Assembly: GCF_006345805.1 (NCBI RefSeq)
Contig: NC_043011.1
Coordinates: 33,864,464-33,928,463 of the forward strand
Direction: 5' to 3'
DNA length: 64,000 nucleotides
Source: Octopus sinensis
Lineage: Eukaryota
Positions 12,191 through 25,350 of this stretch are shown in pieces (the first letter of the stretch is position 1; every line of letters starts with the position of its first letter). Under the pieces are notes generated by a model, which did no database searches, had not been told where the DNA came from, and saw only the letters and a list, made by a program, of their open reading frames with translations. Made by a program: the position numbers and the translations under genes.

Positions 12191-15156
12191 TAATGATAAT
12201 AATAAATTAGATAAATAAATAAAATAAAATAAAACAAAATAAATATAAACAAATAAAATGAATTAAAATGACAGAGCAGGAAAACAGCTATTGGAAATTT
12301 TCAAATGTTAGAGAAAAAAAACACAGGGGGGTGGACAAGAAGGAATGAAAATGAAAGAAAGAGACACAAAGAAAGATTATAAAGACAAAGACAGACAGTA
12401 ACATACATACAAACAAAAACACAAAGAAAACAGAAAACAAAAAGGAAAAGGAAGACAGACAGACAATGAAAGAGTGAGGTGAGTTCCTCAAATTGGTGTT
12501 TCTAAATTTAGTTATTTAAAGAATAATTGAATATATCCTCTATTTTCCAAAGAACTAATCTGACATGACCAACACATGCTACAAGACGATCAAAATGGAA
12601 TCAAAAACCAAACATGATAGGATGACTGATACTAAAATAATCTGAATTTTTCACTGCTGGCACTTACTTGTGCTTTCTATGTTAAAAACAGATGAAAATA
12701 GATCAGGCAGTTAGCCATGTGGTTGGAAAGTTATCCTCATCATTTAACATCCATGTTCCATGCTGGCATGGGCCTGATGGTTTGAGAGGATTTGACAGAC
12801 TCACGGACTGCACTGTGCTCCAGTGTCTGATTTGGCATGCTTTCTATGCCTGGATGTGCTTCCTAAAGTCAACCACTTTACAGCATGTACTGGGTGCTTT
12901 CTTTCTTTTTTTTTTTTTGTGCCACTAGCACTAGTGAAGTCATTAAGCAGTTTTCAAGACTAGAAACCCCAAGGGAACAGCTTTGTGAAAGGAGATGAGG
13001 AGTAAAAGTATGAAATAAGAGGCCCAGGTAGAACTGATTTCTTCTAGTAAAATAAAGTAAAAAAAGAAAAATTACCTTCTCGAGTCATGACAACTCACAA
13101 GGGCTGGTTTCCTGGTTTACAAGACTTACATATTTTCCATTGGACGGGATGCTGGTCCACCACAGGAATACTCATTTTTGCCAGATGAGTGGACAGAAGC
13201 AACATGAAACAAAGTGTTTTGCTTAAGAACACAATGTGTTGCCTAGTCCAGGAATCGAAACCACAATCTTACGATCATGAGTCCAGTACCCTAACCACTA
13301 AACCACATGCCTCCACTCTGGTAAAGTAGCTAAATGACAACTCACATTTTAGAAAAGTGAGTGGAAATGCATCAGGGAGGACTGGCAAAGTACATTTTAC
13401 AATCAAGTGGATCCAGGTTCAATCCAGCTATGCAGCACCTTGCGCCAGTGTCTGAGCTAGAACTTGGGCAGTAAAATAAGATAGATGGAAACATTGTGAA
13501 GGTCTGTAGTTTAGACCCTAACTGTTCTTGGATGTGTAGGCTTAATTTTTTGCCTGGTTTAACACCACTACTACCTAGACCATGGCTATCTTTAGCAGAG
13601 TTTGCTCTGTTACAATCTATCATTCTATGCTTTTCCTATACAAGCTAGCAGGGGCTGCTCTGAGCAATCTAATTTTTTCATAGCGAATGTACCAGTTGCC
13701 TCAGACACTCAGCAAAGAGCATCCTCAGAGGAACTGTGCAGGCTGAAATAATCAGGAGGAAGATGTGCTACTGTAATGCAGGGGGTGCCCAACAACATCT
13801 GCTCTCAACAAATCAGTGTAAAATCTTCCCTCTTCCCCACCTGTCCCAGGGAATCTACAAAGGCTATGAGTAATGTGCTTCCATTTCAGATAAAGCCAAA
13901 ATGAAAAATTTAGGAACAAAAAAATTTTTTTTTTAAATTGTAAAAGAAGAAAAAGAAATATTGACATTCTGAAATCCTTATAAGAACTCTGATGCCATAC
14001 AAGTTCTTTTTACCAAAAATTCACAAGAAAACTATTGATAACTGAATTAACAGCTGCTGTAGAGAAAGAGAGAGAGAGAGGGGGGTATTGGTTTTTATTT
14101 ATTTTTAATTACATTTGCTATTTTCCACATCAGTGTTACTATGTTAGTTTATGAATAGAATGACCTTCAGGCAAATTTGGGAAATTTTCACAAATAATAC
14201 TGGAGTTGTTATTTGTATTTTTTTTTTTTGTTCTTGGTTTTAGTTTCTGTGTTTAACCTCTCCTATTTCATCAGCTGGATGCCGATTTCTACTGGCAAAC
14301 AACCACTTGACAGTGAATTGTAATTAAAAGCTGGTTCTGTTGTCTTAAACAAGTAGAGAAATAAAGCTCCTTGTGCAGGTGCTCATCACAACAGCAATGG
14401 GAACAAGCTTTCCTGACCATATTGCTAGTAAACCAGCTTGATGTGAAACCACTTTCATGCTCCTCCAAAGGAAACAAGATGTCACTTAATTCTCCACAAA
14501 TAACTCAAAACATTTTTATATGCTACTAAAGCAACTAAAAACAGCTGCATGAATAAGGTAGAATAAAATGTTCAGCAAATGGACAGAGTATGACATAATA
14601 AGCCTAGAGACCTTTTATAGACAGAGGATAAAGAATGGGACAAGTGCCATGAAGCAGAAGACAAGCTCCAGGTTAGTTGGACATCAAGTCAGGTTTACTT
14701 CAAGTTATAGCCATTTCACTTTACACAAGGCAATGAGAACTCCACCATGTGATAATTCAATCTACTAGAAATAGCAGCCAAATCCCCTGTAGATTATACA
14801 CTTTACTTTCTTAAAAAGGGAATGACACATTGGATAATGAAGTCCTAGATATGCAATATTCAAGACAAGGATGTGAAAAAGTTGCAATGTCTTTCATTTT
14901 AGTTCTACACTCAGTCAGGAGTAATCTGAAGACAGGCAACAAAAACAAGAATGTCACATAATCCCAGTTCAGGTTTGCTTTAAATTTGAGACATCACACC
15001 TTTTGTCAGAAATCAATATTTAAGATAATTAATAATTTATCAAGCAGGGTAGATAGACTGGCAAGAAAGCATAGTATGAAGAAAGAGGTAAGATTGAAGT
15101 TTAAGGGCTGGTGGTGGGGTTTCCCACTTCTGTAATTGTTATTATAGTTATACTTG

Positions 15157-15370
15157 TTAAACCTTTAGCAGATTACTTTGTCAAATGTAATACTCATTTA
15201 TTCATATAATTTTCAATTAATCATGCATTATCTCATAGCGTAAAGATTTTGATGATGTTATTGAGAATTTTTAGAATGACATTGTAAGGTACATGTGAGA
15301 GGCCAGATCTGTATGGTCTGAACATAAAACAGGTCCAGTATTTGGGCCAGATATGATCAGTTTAAATGCC
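15157..15370. mobile_element. TTAA-flanked MITE family 1 (piggyBac-like ends)
   Basis: Body shared with 33051-33279, 39593-39820 and 51260-51461; ends resemble TTAA-CCCTTTAGCATT. Confidence 0.65.
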
Positions 15371-16009
15371 TCATTATCCATCACTCTAAATAAGGTGACT
15401 GTCACATATTTTACAAATTCAGAGACTTTGCAAAAATGGTGCTTGACAGGAAGGATGAAAGACAAAGTTGATCTCAGCAGAATTTCAACACAAAACCTAA
15501 TAGTCTTAATAGTCTGTAATGGTTGGCAGAGCAACTATTAGACATTCTTCCATAGTTGGAATCGCACCTGTTTTTACTGTAAGATGATTGCAAAGTATAC
15601 TGAAGTACTTGGCAGTTATCATGCAAGACCAAAGTGATGAAAGCCAGCAGTATCTGGGTAGCTTAGCAACAAAACAACACTGTTTACAAGAGGTAGTAGC
15701 AGATTTCATTTTAGCTCTGTTGTTAATAATTTTTTGTGCATATTGTTTAGTAATTCTTTAGCATTTTCATCATTAGTAATTCAAAGATGGTGAGCTGTAA
15801 GAACTGTTAGCATGTGGACAAAATGCTTAGTGGTGTTTTGTCTGTCTTCACATTCTAAGCTCAAATTCTGTTGAGTCAACTTTGCCTTTCATCTTTGCAA
15901 AATTGATAGAAAAAGTACTAATCAAGTACAAGGGTTGATGTGATCGACTGCCACCCCCACCCCACCCCGCCCTCAAAAACAGCTAAGCTTGTTGCCAACA
16001 TTTGAAGCT

Positions 16010-16640
16010 ATTATTCAGGAAATCAAAGCAAAACTTGGTACAGGAAGATCAGCTCTGAGGCCATTCACTACAGTATAGAGAAACTGTGCCCTCAACAAAG
16101 GCATCAAGCTAAAACTTCCAAATACATTGGTCTGGCCAGTAGCATTGTAAGGGTATGAAGCATGGATCCTATTGCTAGTAAACCAGTTCAGTTTGAAACC
16201 AGTTCAGTTCAGTTTTCATACTCCTCTAAGGGAAACAAGATGTCACAACGCTCTGTTCTTTCAGTCCACAAACAACTGATGCCAAGCAACAGAGGGCATT
16301 GAAGGCAGCACAGTGTATCAGTTGAGCGGACTGTAGAACGGATTCAGTTCTGGCAGAGCAGGGAGTAGAACAAAAGTTGGTGATAAAAGTCAGACAGTGA
16401 AAACAGTAATATTTTTGGACACATTATATCAGGGTTCAGAATCAGTGGCCACATCCCTAGGAACTGGCTTGCATGTGACAAAAATGAAGATGGGTGAGAC
16501 AACGTTAAGAAATGAATAGAGAAGACCCTGGCAGAGTGTATGGTTGTCACACAAGATCACAATGAGATGAGGCAAACAGTGGTGTTTATGTCAGAGACCC
16601 CCCAACATCCAGCTATGAGAATAGGCACACTCCAGTCATT
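16010..16640 (+). mobile_element. Degenerate RTE-type LINE fragment, interrupted near 16170-16280
   Basis: EIKAKLGTGRSA...KLKLPNTLVWPVAL*GYEAW and RTDSVLAEQGV...YF-GHII, matching post-RT RTE motifs. Confidence 0.65.
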
Positions 16641-18896
16641 CATTCTTATGAGAAGAAAGTGGCAAAAATTGAAACTTGAATGGAATTCTGAAGACTTTTT
16701 GAGCATTATGACAAGCAATCAATAGCAATAATAATAATAAAAGTGCTCATGGGAACTGCCCATATCCTAGGTAAAATACTGTCTATGTAATCTCAAATTT
16801 TAAAACAAACTTATAATTTTCTTGTTTTCTTAAACATCCTCTAGAACAATACTGTGTGCAAAACCAAATACATGGCACCCTAGTTATAATACCAACTTGA
16901 GCTTCTAACTTGTTGTCTTTTGAGGTCTCTGAGTGAGACTTGGAGTGAACTTGTACAAATACGAAGCAAAAGTCAAGTATATAATAATAATGATGATGAT
17001 GGTGATGATAATAATAATCTATTACATAAAAACAAAACAAAAAAAAAAACTGGCATTCTGTCAGTTACAACAAAGGTTCTAGTTGATCTGATCAACAGTA
17101 CAGCCAGCTTGTGAAATTAATGTGAAAGTGACTGAACACTCCACAGACACGTGTACTCTTCACATAGTTCTTAGGGAGAATCAGTATGACACAGAATGTA
17201 ACATAGCTGGCCCATTGAACTACTGGTACAACTCATTTTGGCTACAGCTGAGTGGACTGGAGCAACACGAAGTAAAGTGTCTTGTTCAAGGAGTCAGTGC
17301 ACCACCAGGGAAATGAACTCACAACCTTATGATTGTGAGCAAAAGAGCCTAACCGCTAAGCCACATACCTGCACTAATCTATAAAGGCAGAGAGAGAATG
17401 ACAATGACAAAATAGTTTTTGTCTAGACCCTGCAGCTTTTCTGTGTCAGACATTTGACATCAGATTCAGTAAAGTCTTCTACAAGGAGAGAAAATAAAAT
17501 AAGTCAGTGGATGGTAGTAAGCATTTGTGAGTGGTTAACTGGATGGTTGTGCTAAAATCGAACCATTGTAAACAGCAATATGGTAGCCATAGATGTGACC
17601 ACGTAGGTGTGGTGGTGGTGATGATGATGATGGTAGTAGCGTTGTAATTGTAAAAGTGTGACAGAGCAGTATACATCTGCTGTGGTGGGTGTTGGTCACT
17701 TTAAAAGTGTTGTGTTGATAGTAGTATTCATTTAAGTGTGGTAGCAGTCACTGTATCGGTGTGGTGGTGGTCATGCATGTTGATAATACTAGTGAAAATG
17801 ATGGGTAGTGGCTGGCAAGATGTAGAAGCGGTGTTGGTATTGGTGGTCAGGTGTGGTAGTGACGGTAGTGGAAACATAACTAGTGTGATATAATGGTGAT
17901 GGTGGTGGTGGTGGTGGTAGTACCTATGAGTAGTAATAGTATTGTGGTAATAACCACAAAAGTATGGTAGCACTATAAACTATAATGTTGTGGTGACAGT
18001 GCTGGCGACAGCAGTAATAGTATAGTAGTAGTAGTAGCAGCAGTAATAATATGAAGATGTAGTGGTTGTAACTGTAGAGCACAGCGTGACAGTAGTTGAC
18101 CAGCATTATCTCAAAACCTAACTGAAGCTAGGAATGTGCAACGTCCGCTGAAGATCTGCTTGATAATCAAAGCCAACAAAGGCTATTTGACAACAACAAC
18201 AACAACAGCAGCAGTTTATATAAAACAAAGGAGTGAAAAAGCCAGACAGAATCATCGTCATCATGATTACAATCATGTTGATGACAATGGACATCATCAG
18301 AACACACAAAACTTTCCATGTTCTATATTGATAGATGATGTTATGGCTGGTTAGGTTGGCAACATTGTCAATTATGCAACAAGCAGGTAGAAATCACATT
18401 TATTAAAGCCTAGATGTTCACTCTCCACCTCACAGCACAATTTTATAGGGTATCTACACTGTGTGTGTATGTATGTATGCAGATAGATTAGACAGATAGA
18501 TATAGTCAAACATACATACATTTATATATATATATATATATCGCGCCTGTGGCACATAGAAAGCCCCATTCGAGTGTGGTCATTGCCAGTGCCGCCTGAC
18601 TAGCTCTCATGCCGGTGGCACATAAAAAGCATGCACTACACTCTAGCAGTGGTTGATGTTAGGAAGGGTAACCTGCTGTAGAAACTTTACCAGATCAGAT
18701 TGGAGCCTGGTGCAGCCTTCTGGCTTGCCAGCCCTCAATCAAACTATCCAATGCATGTCAGCATGGAAAGCAGACGTTAAGCGACAATGATGATGATAGA
18801 CGCACACACATACACAAACACAAACAAACATATCATTTTATCGAACTCTCTCTCTCAGATAGATGGACAGACAGATAAACAGATATAGACAAACAT

Positions 18897-18949
<53 letters not shown>

Positions 18950-19204
18950 GTTTAGGACTTCTCATAGGAAGTGTGTGGTGTGTGTGTGAGGAGAGGAGAT
19001 GATGGCAGATGTATGATGATGATGCTTATCAGGAAAACATGAGTAGAGAGAGAGAGAGATTCTATACAATGAGGTGGGAGTGGGAGTTTAGTCCACTATA
19101 CATGAAACAGCAGCTATATTTCCTCAAGTACTTAGATACAACCAACTTAAGGACTACTCTGAACAACGTAGCCCAACATATATATATATATATATAATAC
19201 ATAT

Positions 19205-19535
19205 ATATATCCTGTACCAAACTTTGGCATTGAAATTACTCAAACAGCAGAATGGAGCATGACTGCATAGTATGAAAAACCCAAAATAATCATCAAGATA
19301 CAGGACCAGATACTGCAACAGCTTGAGTTTTAAGGGCCCACAGCCCTTCAGTATCCTCCCAAACAGTCTGAGAAACTTGCATGGAGTGGATTTAGATATC
19401 TTCAAAACAAAACTGGAGTTTCACCTGTCAAAAATTCCAGATGAACCTACCTTGTTGTAGGAAATGCAGATGGAGGCAGCATCACCAAAGTCCCTCATTT
19501 GCCAAATGTCACAGATCAGAGGTTTCAAGTAATGA
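19205..19535 (+). mobile_element. CR1/L2-group LINE 3' fragment
   Basis: Translates YCNSLSFKGPQPFSILPNSLRNLHGVDLDIFKTKLEFHLSKIPDEP, matching the typical C-terminus ...GPxLFNxLP..LRN...FKxKLD.FL..IPDEP. Confidence 0.7.
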
Positions 19536-19924
19536 AAGTGTAACAAAGCTAACAGCAGTGCCCCAGCAAGGCCACACCTCTCAAGCTAAAACTAGTTAAA
19601 GAGTTAAATATATTCTTTTACTCTTTTCTTTGTTTCAGTCACTTGACTGCAGCCATGCTGGAGCACCACTTTGAAGGATTTTAGTTGAACAAATCGAACC
19701 CAGGACTTGCTTTTTAAGCCTAGTTCTTATTCTATCAGTCTCCTTTGCCAAACCACTAAGTTATGGGGATGTAAACACACCAACACTGGTTGTCAAGTGC
19801 TGGTGGTGTGTATGGGGGAAACAAATACAAATACACAGACCCACACACACACACATATATATATATGTCTCGCTGCTATTATGCAAAAGTGCCGTAAGTC
19901 CAAAACATTGCATTTTCAGGAAAC

Positions 19925-20467
19925 AAAAAAATAATTTCACTACTCCCTAGCAAAATTGTTGTACTACACTTTAACAAGCAGCTGGAGATACGGTAGTTTG
20001 ACCAAAAGAACCAACTATTGGAAGCAAAAATAAACATTGAAAATATTTGGCAAAATTTGGACATACAACACTTTAACATTTGTACTACAGAGCCAGAGGC
20101 AGTTTCAGCCAGGTTGGTATGAAAAGGATTAAGTATGATGAGAAGTTTATAATTCACTTGGTGAAGTCATTTTGTCAAGCTTATAGTACTGCCATTGAAT
20201 CCTTTTAATAAGCCCAGAAAATGTCACCGTAAACCCCCTCTTTTGTTACCATATTTCTGTTGAGATGCTCTCTCTTTCTTTCTTTCAATTAATTTTAAAT
20301 ATAACAAAGAATTTAATAAAATAACTTAATTATCATTAAGCTAGTGTTAGAAACATAAATTGTGACTAAGGTTTGGGAAAAAATTTTAATTCAGAACTTT
20401 TGAAAACAAGACATTTGTACTACAGAGCCAGAAGTGGTTTCAGCCAAGTTGGTATCAAAAGGGTTAA
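19925..20467. mobile_element. Two adjacent copies of TTAA MITE family 2 (partial to 20132; 20230-20467)
   Basis: Both end acagagccaga..ggtttcagcca.gttggtat.aaaagg.ttaa. Confidence 0.65.
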
Positions 20468-22349
20468 ATTACCAATACAGAATGGTTTATAATTATATAA
20501 CCTCAGAAATGAGGATCAATAGATTTATGCTTCCATTACTTACTAGAGAATCAATACATCATTATCATCATCGTTACCATCAACCCCTGATCATTACTGC
20601 CTTGAGTCCTGGGACTGATAGGAATGGTTATCCAGTTTCCATGGCAAAGAAGTGACAAAGATCACAAAATTCCTCCTGTGATGTGTTACTCATTTATAGA
20701 TGAGTAGGCTAGAGCAACATGAAGTGTTTTTGCTCAGGAACACAATGCACTGCCTGGTCTGGGAATCAAAACTACAATCATGCCATCACGAGTGCAATGC
20801 CTTAATCATTAGGGCATGCACTTTCACACATTAATACAGCAAAGGTTAAAATCAAATAAGCTTAGAAATAAAGATCAAACTGACTTAACAAGTCATTGAT
20901 ATTCACTCAACTTTCCTGCTCAAACTACTGATGACAGTAAGCAAGGGATAGTTATTAAAAAGCAAGCTCATATGTGCTTAGGTACAAATAAAACCCTAAG
21001 TGCAGAAAGGACCCACGTGAGCCAAATTTCACAGCAATAATATATATAGGAATAAATCCATATATTTATCACCATTTTAAGGTGCATTCTTTTCATTCAA
21101 GATGGTTGTTCATACTTGCAAATTTACACAGCTCAATGCAAGAGCTTTTGATGTTTAAATATCCTTCTTTGACACAATTTCTATTGTAGGATATTGATTA
21201 TGTGATAAAGAAATTCACATCACTACCACATGGCTCCAGGTCCCCCTAGCTGTTTTTGTTTCCCTCAATGTGATGAGATGAGGTGGGATAGTTATCACAT
21301 TTCCTGGTAGGAAATTTATTTACAATGCACTGGTGTTAGTAACTAGGGAAAAATTCCATCTTTTATTTCATTTAACACTTCTAAAATGTATGGTGCCACA
21401 TAAAATGCACCCATGCCAGTGCTACATACAAAGCACCCATGCTAGAGCCATGTACAAAGTACCCAGTACACTCTGTAAAGTGACTGGCAAGGGCATCCAT
21501 GCATAGAAACCATGCCAAAACAGTTAAGTAGAGCCTAGTGCAGCTCTCCAGAGGATCAGCTCCTGTCAAGCCACCCAACCCATGCCAGCGTGGAAAACAA
21601 ACATCAAATGAAGATGATGATGGGTGTAGTTAAGAATTTTAGTTCCCAACTACATGGTTTTATGTTTGATTCTACCTTGGATAAATGTCTTTTACTGTAG
21701 CCTCAAGTCGAGGCTTGCTGAAGAGACTGATTCTGTTCTTGGGTCCGAGACCTAATCTTTTGTCCCATTTAATTCAACCACCTGGCCCTGTTGCAAGGAT
21801 AACTTCCCTCTTACACTACTTTCAAAGGCCCTAAAAATAAAAGTATCATGAGCATTACCATGCTTCTGAAAAAGCCCCCCTACCCCAAAAAAAAAATCAG
21901 AAGCAATTCAAACCCCTGTAATTCATGTACACATGAATATGGTATATATACTCTTATCATGTAGGTCCACTGGTCCTGTCCCTCTCTCCTCCCAAAAGAA
22001 ATGCTCAACAATTCATTTGTCACCAACATTTTACCCCCACTGACTTTAGTTCAACCCACAGATATTCAAACTCAACAATCATTTGCATTATTTATGTCAC
22101 CAGTCTGGCTGGACCAACAAATGTCATAGGCACTCCTCCTCCACAACCTTTCAATAACTTGTAATCACAGAAAATATATGTGCGTGTGTATGTATATATA
22201 TATATATATATATATGTTTGTGCGTGTGTGTGTATATATATATATATATATATTTATATATACATATACTAACACTTGCATATAAAGATTTCAGTATTTC
22301 ATGAATTGAAAATAAAAGAGAATACTCAATATTGAAAGCAGTGTGTGTA

Positions 22350-22385
<36 letters not shown>

Positions 22386-22907
22386 ATAGTGTACATTTAA
22401 TCACAAAGAGAAATTACCTATAATGGGCAATTTCTACACGCTAGGAAACAGTCAATACAACCGAAGACCACAAAAAAAAAAATTTAAGCAATTTCAAAGG
22501 GAATGAAAAATAAAAACTTTCACCTTGTTTTTACGGTTATACCTATAGGCTTCGGATTTTTATAGCAAATAAAATAAAATAATTTAATTTACTAGGCAAA
22601 TCCTCTTCAGTAACGTATAGAGATGAGACACGTGCTATCAGTCTCATATTTATAGGTTAGTCTTGGATGGCTCGGTTACTGAAGAGGCTTTGCCTAGTAA
22701 ATTAAATTATTTTATTTTATTTTATTTGCTATAAAAATCCGAAGCCTATAGGTATAACCGTAAAAACAAGGTAAAAGTTTTTATTTTTCATTCCCTTTGA
22801 AATTGCTTAAATTTTTTTTTTGTGGTCTTCGGTTGTATTGACTGTCTCCTAGCATGTAGAAATTGCCCCTTATAGGTAATTTCGCTTTGTGTCTAAATGT
22901 ACACTAT
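22386..22907. mobile_element. About 520-bp foldback element, each arm carrying a hammerhead-like motif
   Basis: Arms 22386-22614 and 22675-22907 are near-perfect inverted repeats with a 60-bp spacer. Plus-strand motif 22673-22760: CGGTTA-CTGAAGA-stem II-GAAG-CCTATAGG-TA-TAACCG; mirror copy 22534-22614 on minus. Confidence 0.75.
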
Positions 22908-23009
22908 TTTATATTGAATAATAAGTTGTCTATTGACTTTTGATGCATGCTAGGCCACAGGTAGTAAATTTGTAAAAATTTAAGACCCTAAATATATATA
23001 TATATTATA

Positions 23010-23055
<46 letters not shown>

Positions 23056-23323
23056 TATATACATGTGTATGTATATACATATATTTATACATGTGTATAT
23101 ATAATACATATATATATACCTGTGTATATATATATATAGATATATATCTGTGTATATATATATCTGTGTATATATATATATATAATATATATCTGTGTAT
23201 ATATATATATACATATATATACATATAAACATGTACATATATATATATTATATACATGTACATATATATATATATATATACATGTACATATATATATATA
23301 TATATACATGTATATATATATAA

Positions 23324-23556
23324 TATACTAAGCAATAAGGGTTTAGCAACGAGTTGCCTTACCACATACCGAATTTAGAAATAGCAGTCAAAGGGTTATA
23401 GCTATTTCTTCTACTAAAAAGGGAGATCTCAGTAAAAACAGCTGTTTTTACTGAGATCTCCTTTTAGTAGAAGAAATAGCTATAACCCTTTGACTGCTAT
23501 TTCTAATTCGGTATGTGGTAAGGCAACTCGTTGCTAAACCCTTATTGCTTAGTATA
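23324..23556. repeat. Spacerless palindrome of about 233 bp centred on CAGCTG (23439-23444)
   Basis: The two halves are reverse complements except for a few 1-nt indels. Contains GAAATAGCTATAA, resembling the GAAACAGCTGTAA hammerhead stem III seen in other elements here. Confidence 0.9.
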
Positions 23557-23655
23557 CTTAAATTTTCTCGAATGAGGCTTTTACATGCCGAAGACTACTT
23601 GGGTAATTGATAATTTTCCAAATTAATTAATTTCACCCTTCATTATTACGGATAA

Positions 23656-23709
<54 letters not shown>

Positions 23710-24149
23710 ATATATATACATGTATGTATGTATATATTGAAGATGAAACTTCAAATTTTGTGACCGTGTTTCACACTTCTGATCGTCGAACAAAATTTGG
23801 GCGAATGAAACAGGAAACCATTCATGGGAATATTCAGATAATGAAAATGAAGAATAAGCATTTGATGGAAGGCAAGCATAAAGAGAGAAATCAAATTTAT
23901 ACAAAAAAAAAAAACAAAAAAAAAAAAAAAAATCTGATTTCATGCATATGCAAAGATAAAATCATATAGCAAAAAAAATTAACCAACCAAAAAACAAAAT
24001 ACTTTTAGATTTTTTTTTTTTAAACACTTTTTGAAAAAGAATTTGTCTTCTAATTGCAAGTTATTAAATGCAACTAACTTATAAACTCAATCCATTTTAC
24101 AATTCATTATATTATACATGAGTAACCTTACTGTATCTTTAATTTTTTT

Positions 24150-25350
24150 CTTTTTTTTTTTTTGTTTCAGTCACTAGACTAAAGCCATGCTGGGGAACCA
24201 CCTTGATGAAATTTTAGTTGAATGAATCGACCCCTGGTACATATTTGTTTTATTTTTATTCTATTGGTCTCTTGTCACACCGCTAAGTTACAGGGACATA
24301 AATGCAAACAAACATATATACGATGGGCTTCTTTCAGTTTCCATTTGCCAAATCCACTCACAAGGCTTTGTCCAAGATGCCACACAGTGGGACTGAACCC
24401 AGAACCATGTGGTTGGGAGGCAAGCTTCTTACCAAACAGCCACACCTGACCTATGAAGTATAACGGATGCTCAACTGTATTATTTTCTTGCAGCTAAATA
24501 TTCTCTCTTCTTCTCTTTTACTTGTTTCAGTCATTTGACTGCGGCCATGCTGGAGCACCGCCTTTAGTCGAGCAAATTGACCCCGGGACTTATTCTTTGT
24601 AAGCCCAGTACTTATTCTATCGGTCTCTTTTGCCGAACCGCTAAGTGACATGGACGTAAACACACCAGCATCGGTTGTCAAGCAATGCTAGAGGGACAAA
24701 CACAGACACACAAACATATACACACACACACACATATATATATACATATATACGACAGGCTTCTTATATATATACATCTTCAATCATAACTAGGATTAAA
24801 GCAGTTATTAAGTCATTAAAGTGACAACTATGGACATGTTCCAGTCTTATTGAACCTCTTCAGAGAAACAGTCTTTCAACTGTTGCAGTTCTTTGATGAC
24901 TAGAGAAAATAATATGACAATTACAAATTACCACTTGAAAGAGTGACTAGAGTGAGAGGATGCCCAGGGATACTTACTGCATAAAAGGTTTAATAGTAAA
25001 ATATGCACTTGGACACTTAGTGTAGAGTTTCAATGAGACTCACTCTCCCATGGCATTCTATATTAAATTTTAATTAATCAAAATTTCTGGCTGATCTCCC
25101 TTGGCCTTTCTGATGACATTTAGATGATTATTTTCATCAGTAAGAGAGTTATTCTGATGCTTATTTCAAATATGGACACAAGTATATATACATATGTATA
25201 ACAGGTTTCCACACAGCTTCTATCAACCAAACTTATAAAGCATTGGTTGGCCTGGGACTGTAGTAGAAGACACTTGCCCAAGGTGCCACACAGTGCGACT
25301 GAACCTGGAATCATGTGGTGTAAGATGAGCTTCTTAACCACACTGCTATA
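24150..25350 (-). repeat. Cluster of family-B SINE copies (24150-24430, 24495-24770, 25180-25350)
   Basis: Family-B head and tail motifs; 24495-24770 is close to the young consensus. Confidence 0.75.

Noticed and set aside
13752-13860. Possible minus-strand exon FPGTGGEEGRFYTDLL...
   Set aside because: Not in the ITSN phase-1 frame, no homology recognised, modest acceptor.
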